A stretch of DNA of 64,000 nt from Bacteroides uniformis (lineage in GTDB: Bacteria > Bacillota_I > Bacilli_A > RFN20 > CAG-826), in contig CAVIBR010000002.1 of assembly GCA_963641445.1 (NCBI GenBank), positions 51,656 through 115,655 on the forward strand. The letters run 5' to 3'. The position numbers were made by a program, and so were the translations under genes. Below are positions 1 through 10,914 of the stretch, one piece after another. How positions within the stretch are numbered: the first letter of the stretch is position 1; each line of letters starts with the position of its first letter. The notes under the pieces were generated by a model. The model searched no databases. It was not told where the DNA came from and was given only the letters and a program-made list of their open reading frames with translations.

Positions 1-1196
1 TTGAAATAGCCAAGGCCTAATTGAATTCTTGGCCCTTGATAAGAAGATGAAAGCAATGGTCCGATGGTGATGTATTCTTCATCGTACTTATATGGCGTAC
101 CGTCTTCTTTTAGATTGTTCTTGTCTTCATTTTGCGTGGTAATGATATACGGTGCGGCTGCGACAAAGGAGCCTAAACGTTTACCGTTTGTTGCCATTTG
201 TGAATCAGTTTTATTTTCGGGAGAGCTCTTATCCATCAAACCTGCTTTCCACATGGATGAAGCAGTTTTTAGATAGTTTCTAAAAGCATCCGTCTTAGGA
301 ACATAGGTGAATTTAGACCCGTCATTTTCAATTTCACAGCCATAAGAAACATATCCGTAGCTTTGTAAGATGAAGTTTCTAAAATATTCAAACGCCTTAG
401 AAGAAACGGCAATTTCATCATCTGTTTTTCCATTGTTATTTGCATCATACGTGTTGAAATCAGTCAAAATCCCAACATAATCATCAATGGTTAAAATCTT
501 GCTTGCATCATCGATTTCATGTGTTTTTGCATAGCTTTTTGGATATGAAGAATAAATATTCTTGATCCAAACGTTGTTAATGAACATCTTGTATGTCAAA
601 TCTCTTGCGACATCTTTGACTGAAAGCGAGCAATACATCTTTCCATCGGATACTGTTGCTGCATCTTTTGCATTTTCTTTTGCAGTATCGATACCAAAAT
701 TATTATCAAGAAGCTTCTTGTAATTTGGCATATAATTATCAATCAAAGATCCAATTTCCCCAGTGGAATCCTTGTACGTTGAATCATTGAACGGAGTTAA
801 TGCGTCAAAATGATTTTCGGCATATTGGACTTGTTCAGAAATAGGATTGTTGAATAAGAATAAGTCTGGTTTGTATTTTTTATCTTCCCAAACTGCTGCT
901 CTACGTGCTTGATAAGCGCTTGTGTCTGGAGTCGTAAATTCAAAATTCAAATTAGTTATTTTGCTAAGATATGTGAACATCTTCAAATCTTTGTATTCTG
1001 GATTGCCAGAACTATGTGGAGCAAAGATTTTGATAGTTACAGGATTCTTGACGATTTGATAAGGATTTTCACTTGTTCCATTAGGAAGGAAATTATCCGT
1101 GTCATAATTAGTGTTGTTTCCGCATGAAATTAGCGAAGCACATGATGCGAAGCCTAGAACGGTCTTGAATAAAAGCCTTTTTGTTTTGATTTTCAT
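1..1196 (-). CDS. Sugar ABC transporter substrate-binding lipoprotein (family-1 SBP, LplA-like). The 3' end is cut by the window edge. Start ATG at 1194-1196.
   Basis: Manual translation of the minus strand gives MKIKTKRLLFKTVLGFASCASLISCGNN..., a lipoprotein signal plus lipobox, followed by a long N/Y/D-rich SBP-like body. A GGAG RBS lies 7 nt upstream. Two CUT1 permeases sit immediately upstream in the same orientation. It is absent from the ORF track because it runs off the edge. Confidence 0.7.
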   Translation of the reverse strand, partial: MKIKTKRLLFKTVLGFASCASLISCGNNTNYDTDNFLPNGTSENPYQIVKNPVTIKIFAPHSSGNPEYKDLKMFTYLSKITNLNFEFTTPDTSAYQARRAAVWEDKKYKPDLFLFNNPISEQVQYAENHFDALTPFNDSTYKDSTGEIGSLIDNYMPNYKKLLDNNFGIDTAKENAKDAATVSDGKMYCSLSVKDVARDLTYKMFINNVWIKNIYSSYPKSYAKTHEIDDASKILTIDDYVGILTDFNTYDANNNGKTDDEIAVSSKAFEYFRNFILQSYGYVSYGCEIENDGSKFTYVPKTDAFRNYLKTASSMWKAGLMDKSSPENKTDSQMATNGKRLGSFVAAAPYIITTQNEDKNNLKEDGTPYKYDEEYITIGPLLSSSYQGPRIQLGLGYF

Positions 1197-1207
1197 ATTT
1201 TTTTCTC

Positions 1208-2074
1208 CTATCCTTTGACGCCACCCATAACGACGCCTTTTTCAAAATATTTTTGGAAAAATGGGTAAATAACTAATAATGGCAATGAACTAACAACGAT
1301 TGTTACGTATTTGAGTTGTTCCTGAACGTTAGGATCTCCTCCGCCAATAGAACCGCTATTGCTGACAAGCATGTCTTGTAAGACTCTTTGGAGTGGATAC
1401 AAGTCACTGGATTGAATGTATAAGAGGGCATTGAAATAGTTATTCCAATATCCAACTATGGCATACAGAACCATGACAAAGAGGATTGGACGGCAAAGAG
1501 GCAAAATAACCTTGAGGAATATTTGGAAATCTCCACATCCATCAATACGTGCCGCTTCTTGTATCTCATTTGGTATTGAAGTCGACATATATGTACGAAT
1601 AACGATGATATTAGAGACGCTCACGCATCCAGGAATTATGATTGCCCAGATCGTATCTAACATTTGAAGTTCGGAAATTAACAAGTAGGTAGGAATCATT
1701 CCTCCGCTTATGAACATCGTTAATGTGAGGAATATATTGAGGAATTTTCTTCCTTTGAAATCTTTACGGCTTAGAGGATATGCGCAAAGCATTTGCAAGG
1801 TTACTTGAATAAGGGTTCCTAGGAAAGTGTAAAGGAGAGAATTTAAGAACCCTCTAGTCAGGCTTCCGTTTGCAAAGACCTGTTTATATCCATCTAAGCT
1901 GAAATCAACAGGGATGAGGCCGACTTCTCCTGCTACAACTTTATCTGCACTAGAGAAGCTGCAGGCGAGGACATTTAAAAGAGGCAAAAGGAAAAGAATA
2001 GCCACAACCCCCATGATAATAGCAACGACGATATCGAATGTTTTTTCATGATTAATCTTTTTCATATGCATCAC
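1208..2074 (-). CDS. Carbohydrate ABC transporter permease (MalG/LplC-like, CUT1)
   Basis: 288 aa with 6 TM helices and the EAA-loop motif EAARIDGCGDFQIFLKVILPL. ATG candidates at 2071 and 2065 lie downstream of a GTG at 2074, so the start is approximate. Confidence 0.85.
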   Translation of the reverse strand: MMHMKKINHEKTFDIVVAIIMGVVAILFLLPLLNVLACSFSSADKVVAGEVGLIPVDFSLDGYKQVFANGSLTRGFLNSLLYTFLGTLIQVTLQMLCAYPLSRKDFKGRKFLNIFLTLTMFISGGMIPTYLLISELQMLDTIWAIIIPGCVSVSNIIVIRTYMSTSIPNEIQEAARIDGCGDFQIFLKVILPLCRPILFVMVLYAIVGYWNNYFNALLYIQSSDLYPLQRVLQDMLVSNSGSIGGGDPNVQEQLKYVTIVVSSLPLLVIYPFFQKYFEKGVVMGGVKG

Positions 2075-3063
2075 CAGAGCGAATTATCGCTGACCTTCTT
2101 TGAAATGAAATTAGCCGTAATAAGAATGATGATATTGATCACGCTGTTAAATAAGCCGATGGCAGTCGCATAAGAGAATTGAGGCATGCCGTAATCAGGG
2201 AAAGAAATACGATAGACATAGGTGGAAATAATTTCACTGCTAACGCTATTTCCGGCCGTATACATCAAGTAAACCTTTTCGAAACCTACGTTAAGAATGT
2301 TTCCAATAGACATGATTAACATGATGATGGCCAAAGGAACGATTGATGGGAAATTAACGGAGAATATTCTTCTAAATCTTCCTGCTCCATCAATCTTGGC
2401 GGCATCATGAAGATTCTTATCAACGTTTGCAAGACTTCCCATATAAACGATCGACCACCAGCCTAAGCCTTGCCAAAGTCCACTGATAATATAGATTGCA
2501 ACAAATGCTTTTGGATCAGACATAGCGCTTGTTGATTCAAAGCCTAAGGCCATCAATATACGAGTTATCGCACCTGTATCCGCCCTAAATAAGATGAAGA
2601 GAATGCCGACCATAACAACAGTAGAAATGAAATATGGGGCATACATGATGATTTGAATTGTCTTTTTTGCCCACTTATATCTAACTTCATTAAGGAAGAG
2701 AGCATAGATAATAGGCAATGTTGAGTTAAAGATGATGCTAAGGACAGAAAGAACTAATGTATTTTTTGTTAATGTCCAGAAGTTTGGCGCGGTAACAAAC
2801 GTATAGAAATGTTTGAATCCTCCCATGCTTGTCCAAGGAGATCCCCAAGTGCCTTGGAAAGAGTTATAGTCTTTGAAAGAAATTATTAATCCTTCAAGAG
2901 GCATATAGTGAAAAATAAAGACGTAAATTACCGTAGGTAATGCCATTAGGATCAATGTCATACCCATTTTTGACCATAAGCTCTTTGGTTTTGGCTTACG
3001 GATCAGTTCTTCTTTTGTGAAATTAATGCTGTTTTTGTTCATACTTTCTGGAAGCGCTTCCAT
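2071..3063 (-). CDS. Carbohydrate ABC transporter permease (MalF/LplB/YtcP-like, CUT1)
   Basis: 330 aa. The N-terminal region ...KPKPKSLWSKMGMTLILMALPTVIYVFIFHYMPLEGLIISF is typical of LplB-type polysaccharide permeases. EAA loop: DAAKIDGAGRFRRIFSVNFP. Confidence 0.85.
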   Translation of the reverse strand: MEALPESMNKNSINFTKEELIRKPKPKSLWSKMGMTLILMALPTVIYVFIFHYMPLEGLIISFKDYNSFQGTWGSPWTSMGGFKHFYTFVTAPNFWTLTKNTLVLSVLSIIFNSTLPIIYALFLNEVRYKWAKKTIQIIMYAPYFISTVVMVGILFILFRADTGAITRILMALGFESTSAMSDPKAFVAIYIISGLWQGLGWWSIVYMGSLANVDKNLHDAAKIDGAGRFRRIFSVNFPSIVPLAIIMLIMSIGNILNVGFEKVYLMYTAGNSVSSEIISTYVYRISFPDYGMPQFSYATAIGLFNSVINIIILITANFISKKVSDNSLW

Positions 3064-3160
3064 TATATAAGGGAATGCCGGTTAAATAGAATAAACTAAA
3101 TATTCAGAAATATATACTTTTTTGACTTTTATTTTTATTTGCATTATGTATAATTGACTT

Positions 3161-4030
3161 ATGGAAGAGAAAAATAAAGACATTCTAGAAAAGAGCGTTT
3201 ATTACAGTTATATACAAAATAGTTATGACTTCTCTATTAGCCCTTTGATTGTTGGATCAGAAAGATGCAAGAGAAACAAAGGGAAAATCAAGTTCAACAA
3301 AGCATGTTATGTCATGCATTACGTCTTAGCTGGGCAAGGTTCTATCAAAGCCGAGCAAGCAACATACGAAGTCAATCCTGGAGATTTCTTCATCTTTGTT
3401 CCTCATTCAAATGTCATATATGAGCCAAAAAGAGAGAATCCATGGAGCTATATTTGGATCGAGTTCAACGGTTCAAGTGTGAAAACAATGCTTGATGCAA
3501 CGTCTTTTAGCAACACAAACTTCATCTTCAAGGATGATAAAGATGAAACATTAAAAAGCACCTTGGTGGAAATGATTCATGAAGATAATTTATCTACCGA
3601 ATCATCTGAAGCTATATTGATTACTTCTTATATATTCAAAATCCTTTCCTTCTTGGTAAGGAATTATCCAAAGAATGAGAATGTAAATATCACCAAGAAA
3701 GAAGAAACGATTAAGAGAATCGAGCGTTATCTAAATATCCATTATAATGACACCAATTTTTCAATTGGGAATGTCGCGGAAGAATTTTCTTTCTCTCAAT
3801 CTTACATCACTAGGCTATTTAAATCTCAAACAGGAATAACTCCTATCCAGTATGTTGATGAACTTAGAATGAAAAAAGCGATTGAATTGTTAAATCACCA
3901 TACGTTAACAATCGATCAAATCGCGGAAAATATCGGTTATAAGAATCAATTCTATTTCACGAAAAGATTCAAAAGATATTACGGAATGCCTCCAACAAAA
4001 TATAAGCAAAAGAACTCGGTGGAGAATTAG
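3161..4030 (+). CDS. AraC-family transcriptional regulator (N-terminal cupin sensor plus C-terminal HTH)
   Basis: 289 aa. The C-terminal region ...YVDELRMKKAIELLNHHTLTIDQIAENIGYKNQFYFTKRFKRYYGMPPTKY is a canonical AraC HTH pair. TATAAT at 3149-3154 lies exactly 7 nt before the ATG with no SD, suggesting a leaderless transcript. Confidence 0.85.
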   Translation: MEEKNKDILEKSVYYSYIQNSYDFSISPLIVGSERCKRNKGKIKFNKACYVMHYVLAGQGSIKAEQATYEVNPGDFFIFVPHSNVIYEPKRENPWSYIWIEFNGSSVKTMLDATSFSNTNFIFKDDKDETLKSTLVEMIHEDNLSTESSEAILITSYIFKILSFLVRNYPKNENVNITKKEETIKRIERYLNIHYNDTNFSIGNVAEEFSFSQSYITRLFKSQTGITPIQYVDELRMKKAIELLNHHTLTIDQIAENIGYKNQFYFTKRFKRYYGMPPTKYKQKNSVEN

Positions 4031-5406
4031 TTATCTTTTTCATCCTTTTGAGATTCATCAAGAGGATTTTTTCTTTCTGTATTGTTGAAGCTTGTTGAAT
4101 CGAAATAAGGAGAATCAAGAATAACATGCCTTGCTTCTTCTTGTTCTTTCTTTTCTTCAGCCTCTTTTTCTTCCAAAGAACGATGGTCTTGATAATAACG
4201 TTTATCAATTACAATGGTTGAAGAAACAAGTTCAGCTAAAGATCTTTTATCTTTTCTTACTAACATGATAATTGAGTTGATAATGCATATGATAAATAAG
4301 ACGGCCGTGATATTGAAAAAGGATATGCCTATGCCATTTATTGATATTAGAGGGTACATCCAACCACTATTGAGTCCACCAGCAAAGAAACAAGAGAAAA
4401 GCATGCAAGAAAAGAAAGTAAAGAAAGAGATAAGGTCTCTTAGAAGGACTTCTCCTTTTGAAACTTCCAATCCATCTTTGTTAATGATTCCGGCTTTAAA
4501 AACAAATAAACCGATACTTTGCCCTTCTTTGAATAAGAACGTTGGTAGTAAATAACACAAAGCAAAGGTAACGATATAACTAATAAAAGAGAAAAGGGAA
4601 ATTATTTTTGAGCATGATGCGTAATGTTCTTTGTATTGTTGATAAACATTTTGATAACGAGAAGAATTGAATAAGACTTTCTCGGCATATTCAAATACAC
4701 CTTGATACTGGCTAATCAGGTAATTGTATGTATTTAAGCCCGCTTGGCCTCCTTCTTCAAAAGCGACATAGCGATAAAGAGTATACGCATAATCCATTTT
4801 TAAAGATGGAAGGGCATCTTCTCCTTCAAAATAATTCCATTCCGCGCCCATAGAATAGTTTTTCAAAAGAGTTTTGTAATGAGCCATATACGTTTCGTTA
4901 CTTGTTAAAGCGAAAAGATTATCGTTTTCATTGTTATCTTTAGCGTAATTAACGAAAAAATACGCTAAATAGTCATTGGAATATGATGCAGATTCAACAC
5001 CATATTCATCTTTAACTGTATATGGATTGTCATTTTCTTTAACGTATTTTGCATCCCAATTGTCTTTATTTAAATCATATGAATATAAGACATTGCTAAG
5101 AACGTATTTTTTGAAAATATCATTTTGAGAAACAAGGTTTTCATAATCAGTCTCGCCGTTATCTTTTGTTTTGAATTCAAAAAGTTTTGTTTCTTCTTGA
5201 ATCTTATACATATCAACACGTAAAGAGCTTATTGCATCAATCTGGCTTGAATATGCAGGGGTATTTCCAACGATAGCGTTAGATGCTAAAAGAAGGCAGA
5301 AAGAAACTACAACCATCAAAAGGGCATCGAGTAAGGAAGAATAGATTCTTCGAGTAAAAGATAGGTATCCTTCATTTCGATATTGTGAGGCGTATTTCTT
5401 TTCCAT
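4027..5406 (-). CDS. Polytopic membrane protein of unknown function (possibly RDD-family-like) with an N/Y/E-rich extracytoplasmic loop and a K/E-rich C-terminal tail
   Basis: 459 aa. An Arg-rich segment precedes the first TM (FTRRIYSSLLDALLMVVVSF) and a second LLRDLISFF segment precedes the C-terminal TM cluster. No catalytic motifs recognised. It abuts the stop of the upstream ATPase gene at 8 bp. Confidence 0.45.
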   Translation of the reverse strand: MEKKYASQYRNEGYLSFTRRIYSSLLDALLMVVVSFCLLLASNAIVGNTPAYSSQIDAISSLRVDMYKIQEETKLFEFKTKDNGETDYENLVSQNDIFKKYVLSNVLYSYDLNKDNWDAKYVKENDNPYTVKDEYGVESASYSNDYLAYFFVNYAKDNNENDNLFALTSNETYMAHYKTLLKNYSMGAEWNYFEGEDALPSLKMDYAYTLYRYVAFEEGGQAGLNTYNYLISQYQGVFEYAEKVLFNSSRYQNVYQQYKEHYASCSKIISLFSFISYIVTFALCYLLPTFLFKEGQSIGLFVFKAGIINKDGLEVSKGEVLLRDLISFFTFFSCMLFSCFFAGGLNSGWMYPLISINGIGISFFNITAVLFIICIINSIIMLVRKDKRSLAELVSSTIVIDKRYYQDHRSLEEKEAEEKKEQEEARHVILDSPYFDSTSFNNTERKNPLDESQKDEKDN

Positions 5407-5414
5407 AGGTGAGA

Positions 5415-7133
5415 TTATAGAATAATTTTCGTAGAAACCGAATCGAAAATATGAGCTCTGGAGAGATCAAGAACTACTTTGATATTTTCGTTAGCGTTTA
5501 TTAAACGTTTTGCTGCTATTTTAGCGACAAGATCCTTCTTATCAAAATCAATATGAATGAAATATTCATGTCCTAATAGTTCTGGAACGCTTACAAGTCC
5601 ATCAATTGGATCGCTAAGATTTCCGTCGGTGAAAACCTTACCAACTTCATAAATATCTTCTGGGCGTATGCCGAAAACGACATTGTATTTATTCTCTTTG
5701 ATGTATTTGGAGAATTCATTTATCGCTTTCTCTAAATATGCAAGACGTTCATTGGATTTTGTTACATGTTCTAACTCAAATTTGGTTTTCTCAATTTCAG
5801 ATGCTTTTTTAGGGGTATCCGGCAATGTTTCTAGATGTTCAAGTTTTTCTAAAAGCAGATTTCTTTCCTTAAAATTCTTTAAAAGGGTTTCTTTTTCAGT
5901 TTCATATTTCTTTAATTCGTTTGCATAGAAAGAAATTGCTTTTTCATAGTTTTCCTTACTTAGTTTGATTTCGTACCCATTTTCAAAATGGAGAATTCCG
6001 TTTTCTAATGTTGCAGTAAATAGGTTCATAGCTGGAGAACCAATAAACGTAGCAACAAAAAGGTTTGCTGGATGGTTATAGATTTCAACTGGCGTGCCAA
6101 TTTGTTGAATATGGCCTTTTTCCATGACAACAATACGGGATGCCATTGTCATAGCTTCAGTTTGGTCGTGGGTGACATATATCGTTGTTGCATTTAACCT
6201 ATTATGAAGTTTGATGATTTCCGATCTCATTTGAACACGGAGTTTTGCGTCCAAATTAGAAAGAGGCTCATCCATTAGGAATACTTTTGCATTTCTAACA
6301 ATAGCTCTGCCTAATGCAACACGTTGGCATTGCCCACCAGAAAGGGCTTTTGGTTTACGATCCAAATATTCAGTGATTTGAAGGATTTCTGCCGCATCTT
6401 TTACTCTTTCACGAATTTCTTCGTTTGGCATGTGTCTATTAACATATTTTGGTACGGGATTTTCTTTCAAATATTCAATTTTCGCCGTCAATTCCTCAAT
6501 ATCTTTATCGATTTGAGGTATTTTTTCTGATTCTGTTTCAAGACATTCATCATGGAAACGAAGGAGATTCTTCTTTTCTCTTTCTAAATCTTTGATTAAG
6601 CCGTTATTGATGGCTAAAACAGGATTTCCATCTTTATCTTTTACAAGCGTTGGGAATTTTCTTATTTTCAAACCAAAAGACATGTTTCCTGCGACAGTCT
6701 TATGAGGATAAAGAGCATAGGATTGGAAAACCATGGCTATATCACGATTCTTAGGCTCTAAATCGTTGGCGTAGATATTATCAATATACAAATCTCCTGC
6801 AGTGATATCTTCCAAACCTGCGATCATACGGAGGGTTGTAGATTTTCCGCACCCAGATGGGCCGACAAAAACAATAAATTCATGTTGTTTTATCTCTAAA
6901 TTGAAATCATAAACGGCTTGAACATGGTTATCATAGATTTTGTTGATATGTTGTAATGAAATGAAAGAATCTTTTGGAGCGATTTTTCTCTCTTTCTTAT
7001 GTTTTTTCTCATAAGAAATCATGTCATTATGGGCACGTTCTCTTTGTTCAGCTAAAGCTTTTTGCTGAATTTTTTCTTTTCTTCTTTCTTCTTTAATCTT
7101 TTCCAATTCAACTTTTCTTGCCATTTTTTCCAT
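5415..7133 (-). CDS. MsmK/MalK-like sugar ABC transporter ATP-binding protein with an N-terminal K/E-rich extension and a large coiled-coil insertion
   Basis: 572 aa. Walker [11 protein letters not shown]-loop, signature [14 protein letters not shown], Walker [16 protein letters not shown]-loop THDQ. About 70 aa of K/E-rich N-terminal extension. A roughly 100-aa insertion (…[30 protein letters not shown]…[20 protein letters not shown]…) lies between Q-loop and signature. Good RBS GGAG plus 7 nt. Confidence 0.85.
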   Translation of the reverse strand: MEKMARKVELEKIKEERRKEKIQQKALAEQRERAHNDMISYEKKHKKERKIAPKDSFISLQHINKIYDNHVQAVYDFNLEIKQHEFIVFVGPSGCGKSTTLRMIAGLEDITAGDLYIDNIYANDLEPKNRDIAMVFQSYALYPHKTVAGNMSFGLKIRKFPTLVKDKDGNPVLAINNGLIKDLEREKKNLLRFHDECLETESEKIPQIDKDIEELTAKIEYLKENPVPKYVNRHMPNEEIRERVKDAAEILQITEYLDRKPKALSGGQCQRVALGRAIVRNAKVFLMDEPLSNLDAKLRVQMRSEIIKLHNRLNATTIYVTHDQTEAMTMASRIVVMEKGHIQQIGTPVEIYNHPANLFVATFIGSPAMNLFTATLENGILHFENGYEIKLSKENYEKAISFYANELKKYETEKETLLKNFKERNLLLEKLEHLETLPDTPKKASEIEKTKFELEHVTKSNERLAYLEKAINEFSKYIKENKYNVVFGIRPEDIYEVGKVFTDGNLSDPIDGLVSVPELLGHEYFIHIDFDKKDLVAKIAAKRLINANENIKVVLDLSRAHIFDSVSTKIIL

Positions 7134-7515
7134 GGTTTTTCTCCGTTTGTTTTCTTTCCTTAATTCTAGAACGAATGTAAGCGGTTTACTAGAATGCTAA
7201 ATTTTCCTCAAAATATACTTTTTTGACATTTTTTATTTGTCTATTATGACATCATGATTCATTATCTAATAATTATTTGGAATGTTATTCTTAAGAATAA
7301 GAATTTGCCACACTGTATTTGAAAAGTTTTTAGATGATTTCAGCAAATAATAATTATCTTGAACGTTTCTTTTAGGAAAATGAGCTTATATTCCCTTAAA
7401 TACGGGCTTTTGCGGGTGCGTTAAATGCAATTTACGCTGCTGTTCGTTATTCATCAAAGTTCTTTGGCTTTTGTCAGCTATTGCTATATTAGCAATACCG
7501 TATTTAAAAGAAAAA

Positions 7516-8745
7516 TCAAATACCCGCCAAAGGAAATGCGTATATATCCTTATCAAGCGGATAGATCGTATTCGTATTACAAATAATGCCTGATGTTCCA
7601 AGAATATAATTTGTGTTTTCTAAGCATTTGAAGCCTTTGATATAAGACTTATTAAAAGAAATACCCGCTTTGCATTCAACTCGATGAAGTTTTCCATTAT
7701 GAAGAATGACAAGATCGATTTCATTCATTCTGTCATCTCTATAGTAATAGAAATTAGGGTTTATTCCGTTATTGAGATATGACTTTCTTATTTCGTTGAT
7801 GATATATGTTTCAACAAATCTTCCATTTAGAAAGCTTGCTTGTAACATTTCCGGATCAGACACTCTTGCTAAATATGCAGCAAGCCCCGTATCAGAAAAA
7901 TAAAGCTTCGGTCTTTTTACAATTCTCTTTTTTATCGACAATTCATTATACGGTTCTAACAAATAGACGATATCTCCGGCCAATAATATTGAAATCCAAG
8001 ATTTAATCGTCTTCATATCAACGCCAACGCTTTTAGCTAAATTGTCAAAAACAAGCTCTTCTCCAGTCAAAGAAGCCAAAAGTTCCATAAATCTCGTAAA
8101 GGCAAATTTATCTTTAACATTAATAATTTGTGAAACATCTCTTTCAATGTATGTTTCAACATAATCAGAATAAAACATGTTAGGAGTTAGGTATTTATTT
8201 GAATACAATTCAGGATAGAATCCTTTGATTATTAGTTGATAAAGTTCACTGACAGAAAGAGGATTCATTTTTGATCTATCGTTTATTTTTAGGACATCAA
8301 AATCAAATACAGGCTCTTCTCTATCGAGGATTTCATTCCTTGAAAGCGGAGGCATATGAACAATAGAAACTCTTCCAGCCATCGATTCAGTAACATTGCT
8401 CATAAGGTTGTACATCTGGGATCCAGTAAGAATATACATTCCATAGTTATCAGGATTATTCATCTTTTCTTTGTTAACTATTTCTTCTATTGCATCAAAT
8501 AGACCTGGCGCTTTTTGAACTTCATCAATAATTAAAGGCCATTTATGAAGTTGCAAAAACATTTGAGGATCATTAACGGCAATCTCAAGCTGTCTTGAGT
8601 CATCTAAAGACACATAGGAAAAACCATTCTTCATGAATAATTGGGCAATAGTGGATTTACCAACTTGCCTAGCGCCAGTAATGAGAGTAACAGGCCTGCA
8701 TTTAACGGCTAATTCAATATGTTTTAAGATTGTTCTATTTATCAT
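7516..8745 (-). CDS. AAA+ ATPase of the DUF4143 family (COG1373-type, predicted ATPase). Paralog 1 of 3.
   Basis: 409 aa. P-loop LITGARQVGKST, followed by the DUF4143-like C-terminal region. Clear similarity to the ORFs at 29366-30592 and 27198-28109 (for example, YIERDV... and ...FSDTGLAAYL motifs are shared). RBS GAGGA. Confidence 0.7.
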   Translation of the reverse strand: MINRTILKHIELAVKCRPVTLITGARQVGKSTIAQLFMKNGFSYVSLDDSRQLEIAVNDPQMFLQLHKWPLIIDEVQKAPGLFDAIEEIVNKEKMNNPDNYGMYILTGSQMYNLMSNVTESMAGRVSIVHMPPLSRNEILDREEPVFDFDVLKINDRSKMNPLSVSELYQLIIKGFYPELYSNKYLTPNMFYSDYVETYIERDVSQIINVKDKFAFTRFMELLASLTGEELVFDNLAKSVGVDMKTIKSWISILLAGDIVYLLEPYNELSIKKRIVKRPKLYFSDTGLAAYLARVSDPEMLQASFLNGRFVETYIINEIRKSYLNNGINPNFYYYRDDRMNEIDLVILHNGKLHRVECKAGISFNKSYIKGFKCLENTNYILGTSGIICNTNTIYPLDKDIYAFPLAGI

Positions 8746-9189
8746 GGCTAATCCTCGAAATTATTATATTTGCGTAAAATTCGGAATTCAACTCCGATTT
8801 TGCGTAAATTGAATAGCCAAATAATTGAAAAATCATCTAATTAATGGTCAATTCAAAAAATGGTCGAAGAAATATATCAGTATTCATCGAAACTTTTTTG
8901 AATTTTCGACCAAATCGCCAATGCACTGGCGAAATAGTCGAAAAAATTAGTTTTGTGAACTATGTTGACTTGCTATTTTTTAACGATTTCATTGTAAAAA
9001 GCATCTGCAAGCATCAAATTTCTAAGGTAAACATTCCAAGTTTATTATTGCCCAATAGACTTAATTGGTTTGTGATTTTCTACGTAAATCACGTTTGTTT
9101 TAACATAACAGTTTAAATCCGAGTGGGTTTTGCATGGTATTTTTGGAAATATTGATTTTGAATATTTCTAAATCGATAAAAATCGCATT

Positions 9190-10914
9190 TTATTTAACGC
9201 GAATAATGTTATTACCGTAATTGGACGTATCTATTTTGTAATATGTTGCACCCGTTGGAATTGAATCATTTTTGAATGTTATATTTTCATCATACGAATG
9301 AATGTAATCAGGATATGTTTCATCTAACGTTTTCCCGTATATCGAAACATTTGAAAATGAAACGTTTTTCACATAATGTCCTTCATTTGGATAACCTAAT
9401 CTAGTTTCCATTGATCCTGTTACTTTAATTTTTGGATTGTCTATACCAGAAAGAACAAGAACATTTGAAACGTTAACTCCATCAATGTCTCCTAATGAAG
9501 TCTTTTTATGGTTATCGCTCCAAGTTGGACTATAGGAAACATCAAATTCAAAAAGATATGGCGTTCCATCTCCTTTGCCAATGGACGCGTCTTCAATCGT
9601 TATATTTTCATAACGTATATTCCTTATTTTTGCATTGTTTCCATTATGAATGTTTAACACTGGTTTGTGGTATGCGTGCAAAACAGTGATATTCCTAAAA
9701 GAAATATCTTCCATCTTTTCACCTATTGTCTCATATCCAATTTCCATCGATTGAGCTAAATCAGTAACGATCAAACAATCAGAAAAATGAACTCCTGAAG
9801 TAACTCCTTCTTCTTTGTTACGATAATTAACATAATTCTTAACAACTAAAGAATCATCCCATGTACGAAGGAAACAGCCTTCAACATTAACATTCTTAGA
9901 AGACTGGATTGAAATGCCATCACCATTGCTACGGCTAGAAATGACCTTTGTGTTCTTAATTAACAAATCATTGGCAAAATAAATATTAAATGCCCAGCCA
10001 GCTGGATCGATAACTGAGAAATCTTCTAATTTGAAGTTACTACAAAAATTAAAATCTAAAGGAATTGTCGCCGTTCCATCGTCTGGATTTCTTGGAAAAG
10101 AAGATCCATCAATTATTCCTGGACCTTCGATTGAGAAATTACTCGCATCTGTCGCAGTAAATCTTCCACGAATAACCGCTCCATCTTCTAGGTATATATG
10201 ATCATTGGAATGCACGATGATTTCGTTGTTACCAGAAATCCTACTGTCGTTATCTTTTGTATGAATTCCTTTTTTGAAAACAATTTTATTTGTTAAATCT
10301 TCATCTTTTATTTCGTTAACGAATAGGTGTAATGTTCTTTGCTTTGTTTCGATTAAATATTGTCCTGGAGAATCTATAACGAAAGATATGACCCACCTGG
10401 CATGATCAATCTCATAAGCTATATTCTTTCCTAATGGGCGTATAGTTACATCGTTTAATGGATTAAACGCACATTTTAAATAAATCTTCACTTTGCCTTT
10501 GATGGCAATTGTTGAATAAGCGGACATATCACGGACTCCTCCATCCGCTTTCCAAACACGATTCTGATTGATGTTAACTTTATAAATTGGAACTTCTTCT
10601 CCTGCGATATACATCTTCATTCTCGGATATAGTTCCATTCCTTCGACATAATCAGAAAATTTAACCTTATTCGTTTCTTTTGTATCATTCTCATCATATT
10701 CTGATTTGAAATAAGATGGATCAAATTGCTTGAATCCATCTTCATCACGTGGAAAAGAAGATTCCTCACTTGAAGAAATATCAAAAGATGGAGAAGATCG
10801 GTCTTCCGAAATGTTATTAGAGTTAGATGGATCGTTCTTGCATCCAGCAAGAGAAAGTACGAACATAGTTGTTACTAGAGCAACGATTCGCCGTTTTCCT
10901 TTGAAAAGAAACAT
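9190..10914 (-). CDS. Surface lipoprotein with a right-handed beta-helix (pectin-lyase fold) domain, a glycoside-hydrolase-like protein. Paralog of 23030-25690.
   Basis: 574 aa. Signal and lipobox MFLFKGKRRIVALVTTMFVLSLAGCKND. The motif SRSNGDGISIQSSKNVNVEGCFLRTWDDSLVVKNY is nearly identical to ARSNGDGISIQSCSDVEVNGGYVRTWDDSLVVKNS in the 886-aa paralog. It is the last gene of the sugar-utilisation operon. Confidence 0.6.
   Translation of the reverse strand: MFLFKGKRRIVALVTTMFVLSLAGCKNDPSNSNNISEDRSSPSFDISSSEESSFPRDEDGFKQFDPSYFKSEYDENDTKETNKVKFSDYVEGMELYPRMKMYIAGEEVPIYKVNINQNRVWKADGGVRDMSAYSTIAIKGKVKIYLKCAFNPLNDVTIRPLGKNIAYEIDHARWVISFVIDSPGQYLIETKQRTLHLFVNEIKDEDLTNKIVFKKGIHTKDNDSRISGNNEIIVHSNDHIYLEDGAVIRGRFTATDASNFSIEGPGIIDGSSFPRNPDDGTATIPLDFNFCSNFKLEDFSVIDPAGWAFNIYFANDLLIKNTKVISSRSNGDGISIQSSKNVNVEGCFLRTWDDSLVVKNYVNYRNKEEGVTSGVHFSDCLIVTDLAQSMEIGYETIGEKMEDISFRNITVLHAYHKPVLNIHNGNNAKIRNIRYENITIEDASIGKGDGTPYLFEFDVSYSPTWSDNHKKTSLGDIDGVNVSNVLVLSGIDNPKIKVTGSMETRLGYPNEGHYVKNVSFSNVSIYGKTLDETYPDYIHSYDENITFKNDSIPTGATYYKIDTSNYGNNIIRVK

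Noticed and set aside
4027-5417. TATAAT at 7 nt upstream of the 4027-5406 gene start as another leaderless promoter
   Set aside because: The hexamer overlaps the stop codon region of the immediately upstream co-oriented ATPase gene (8-bp gap). Operon read-through is the simpler explanation.
7386-7601. 71-aa ORF overlapping the 3' end of the DUF4143 gene, and a 7-bp stem hairpin at 7480-7496
   Set aside because: The ORF overlaps a supported gene in another frame. The hairpin lacks a U-tract on the relevant (minus) strand, so it is not called as a terminator.
8844-9116. 90-aa ORF in the 8746-9189 intergenic region, and a nearby imperfect hairpin (about 8895-8945)
   Set aside because: No RBS and no recognisable domain. 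The region is more likely promoter or 3'-UTR DNA. The hairpin has internal mismatches and no U-tract.
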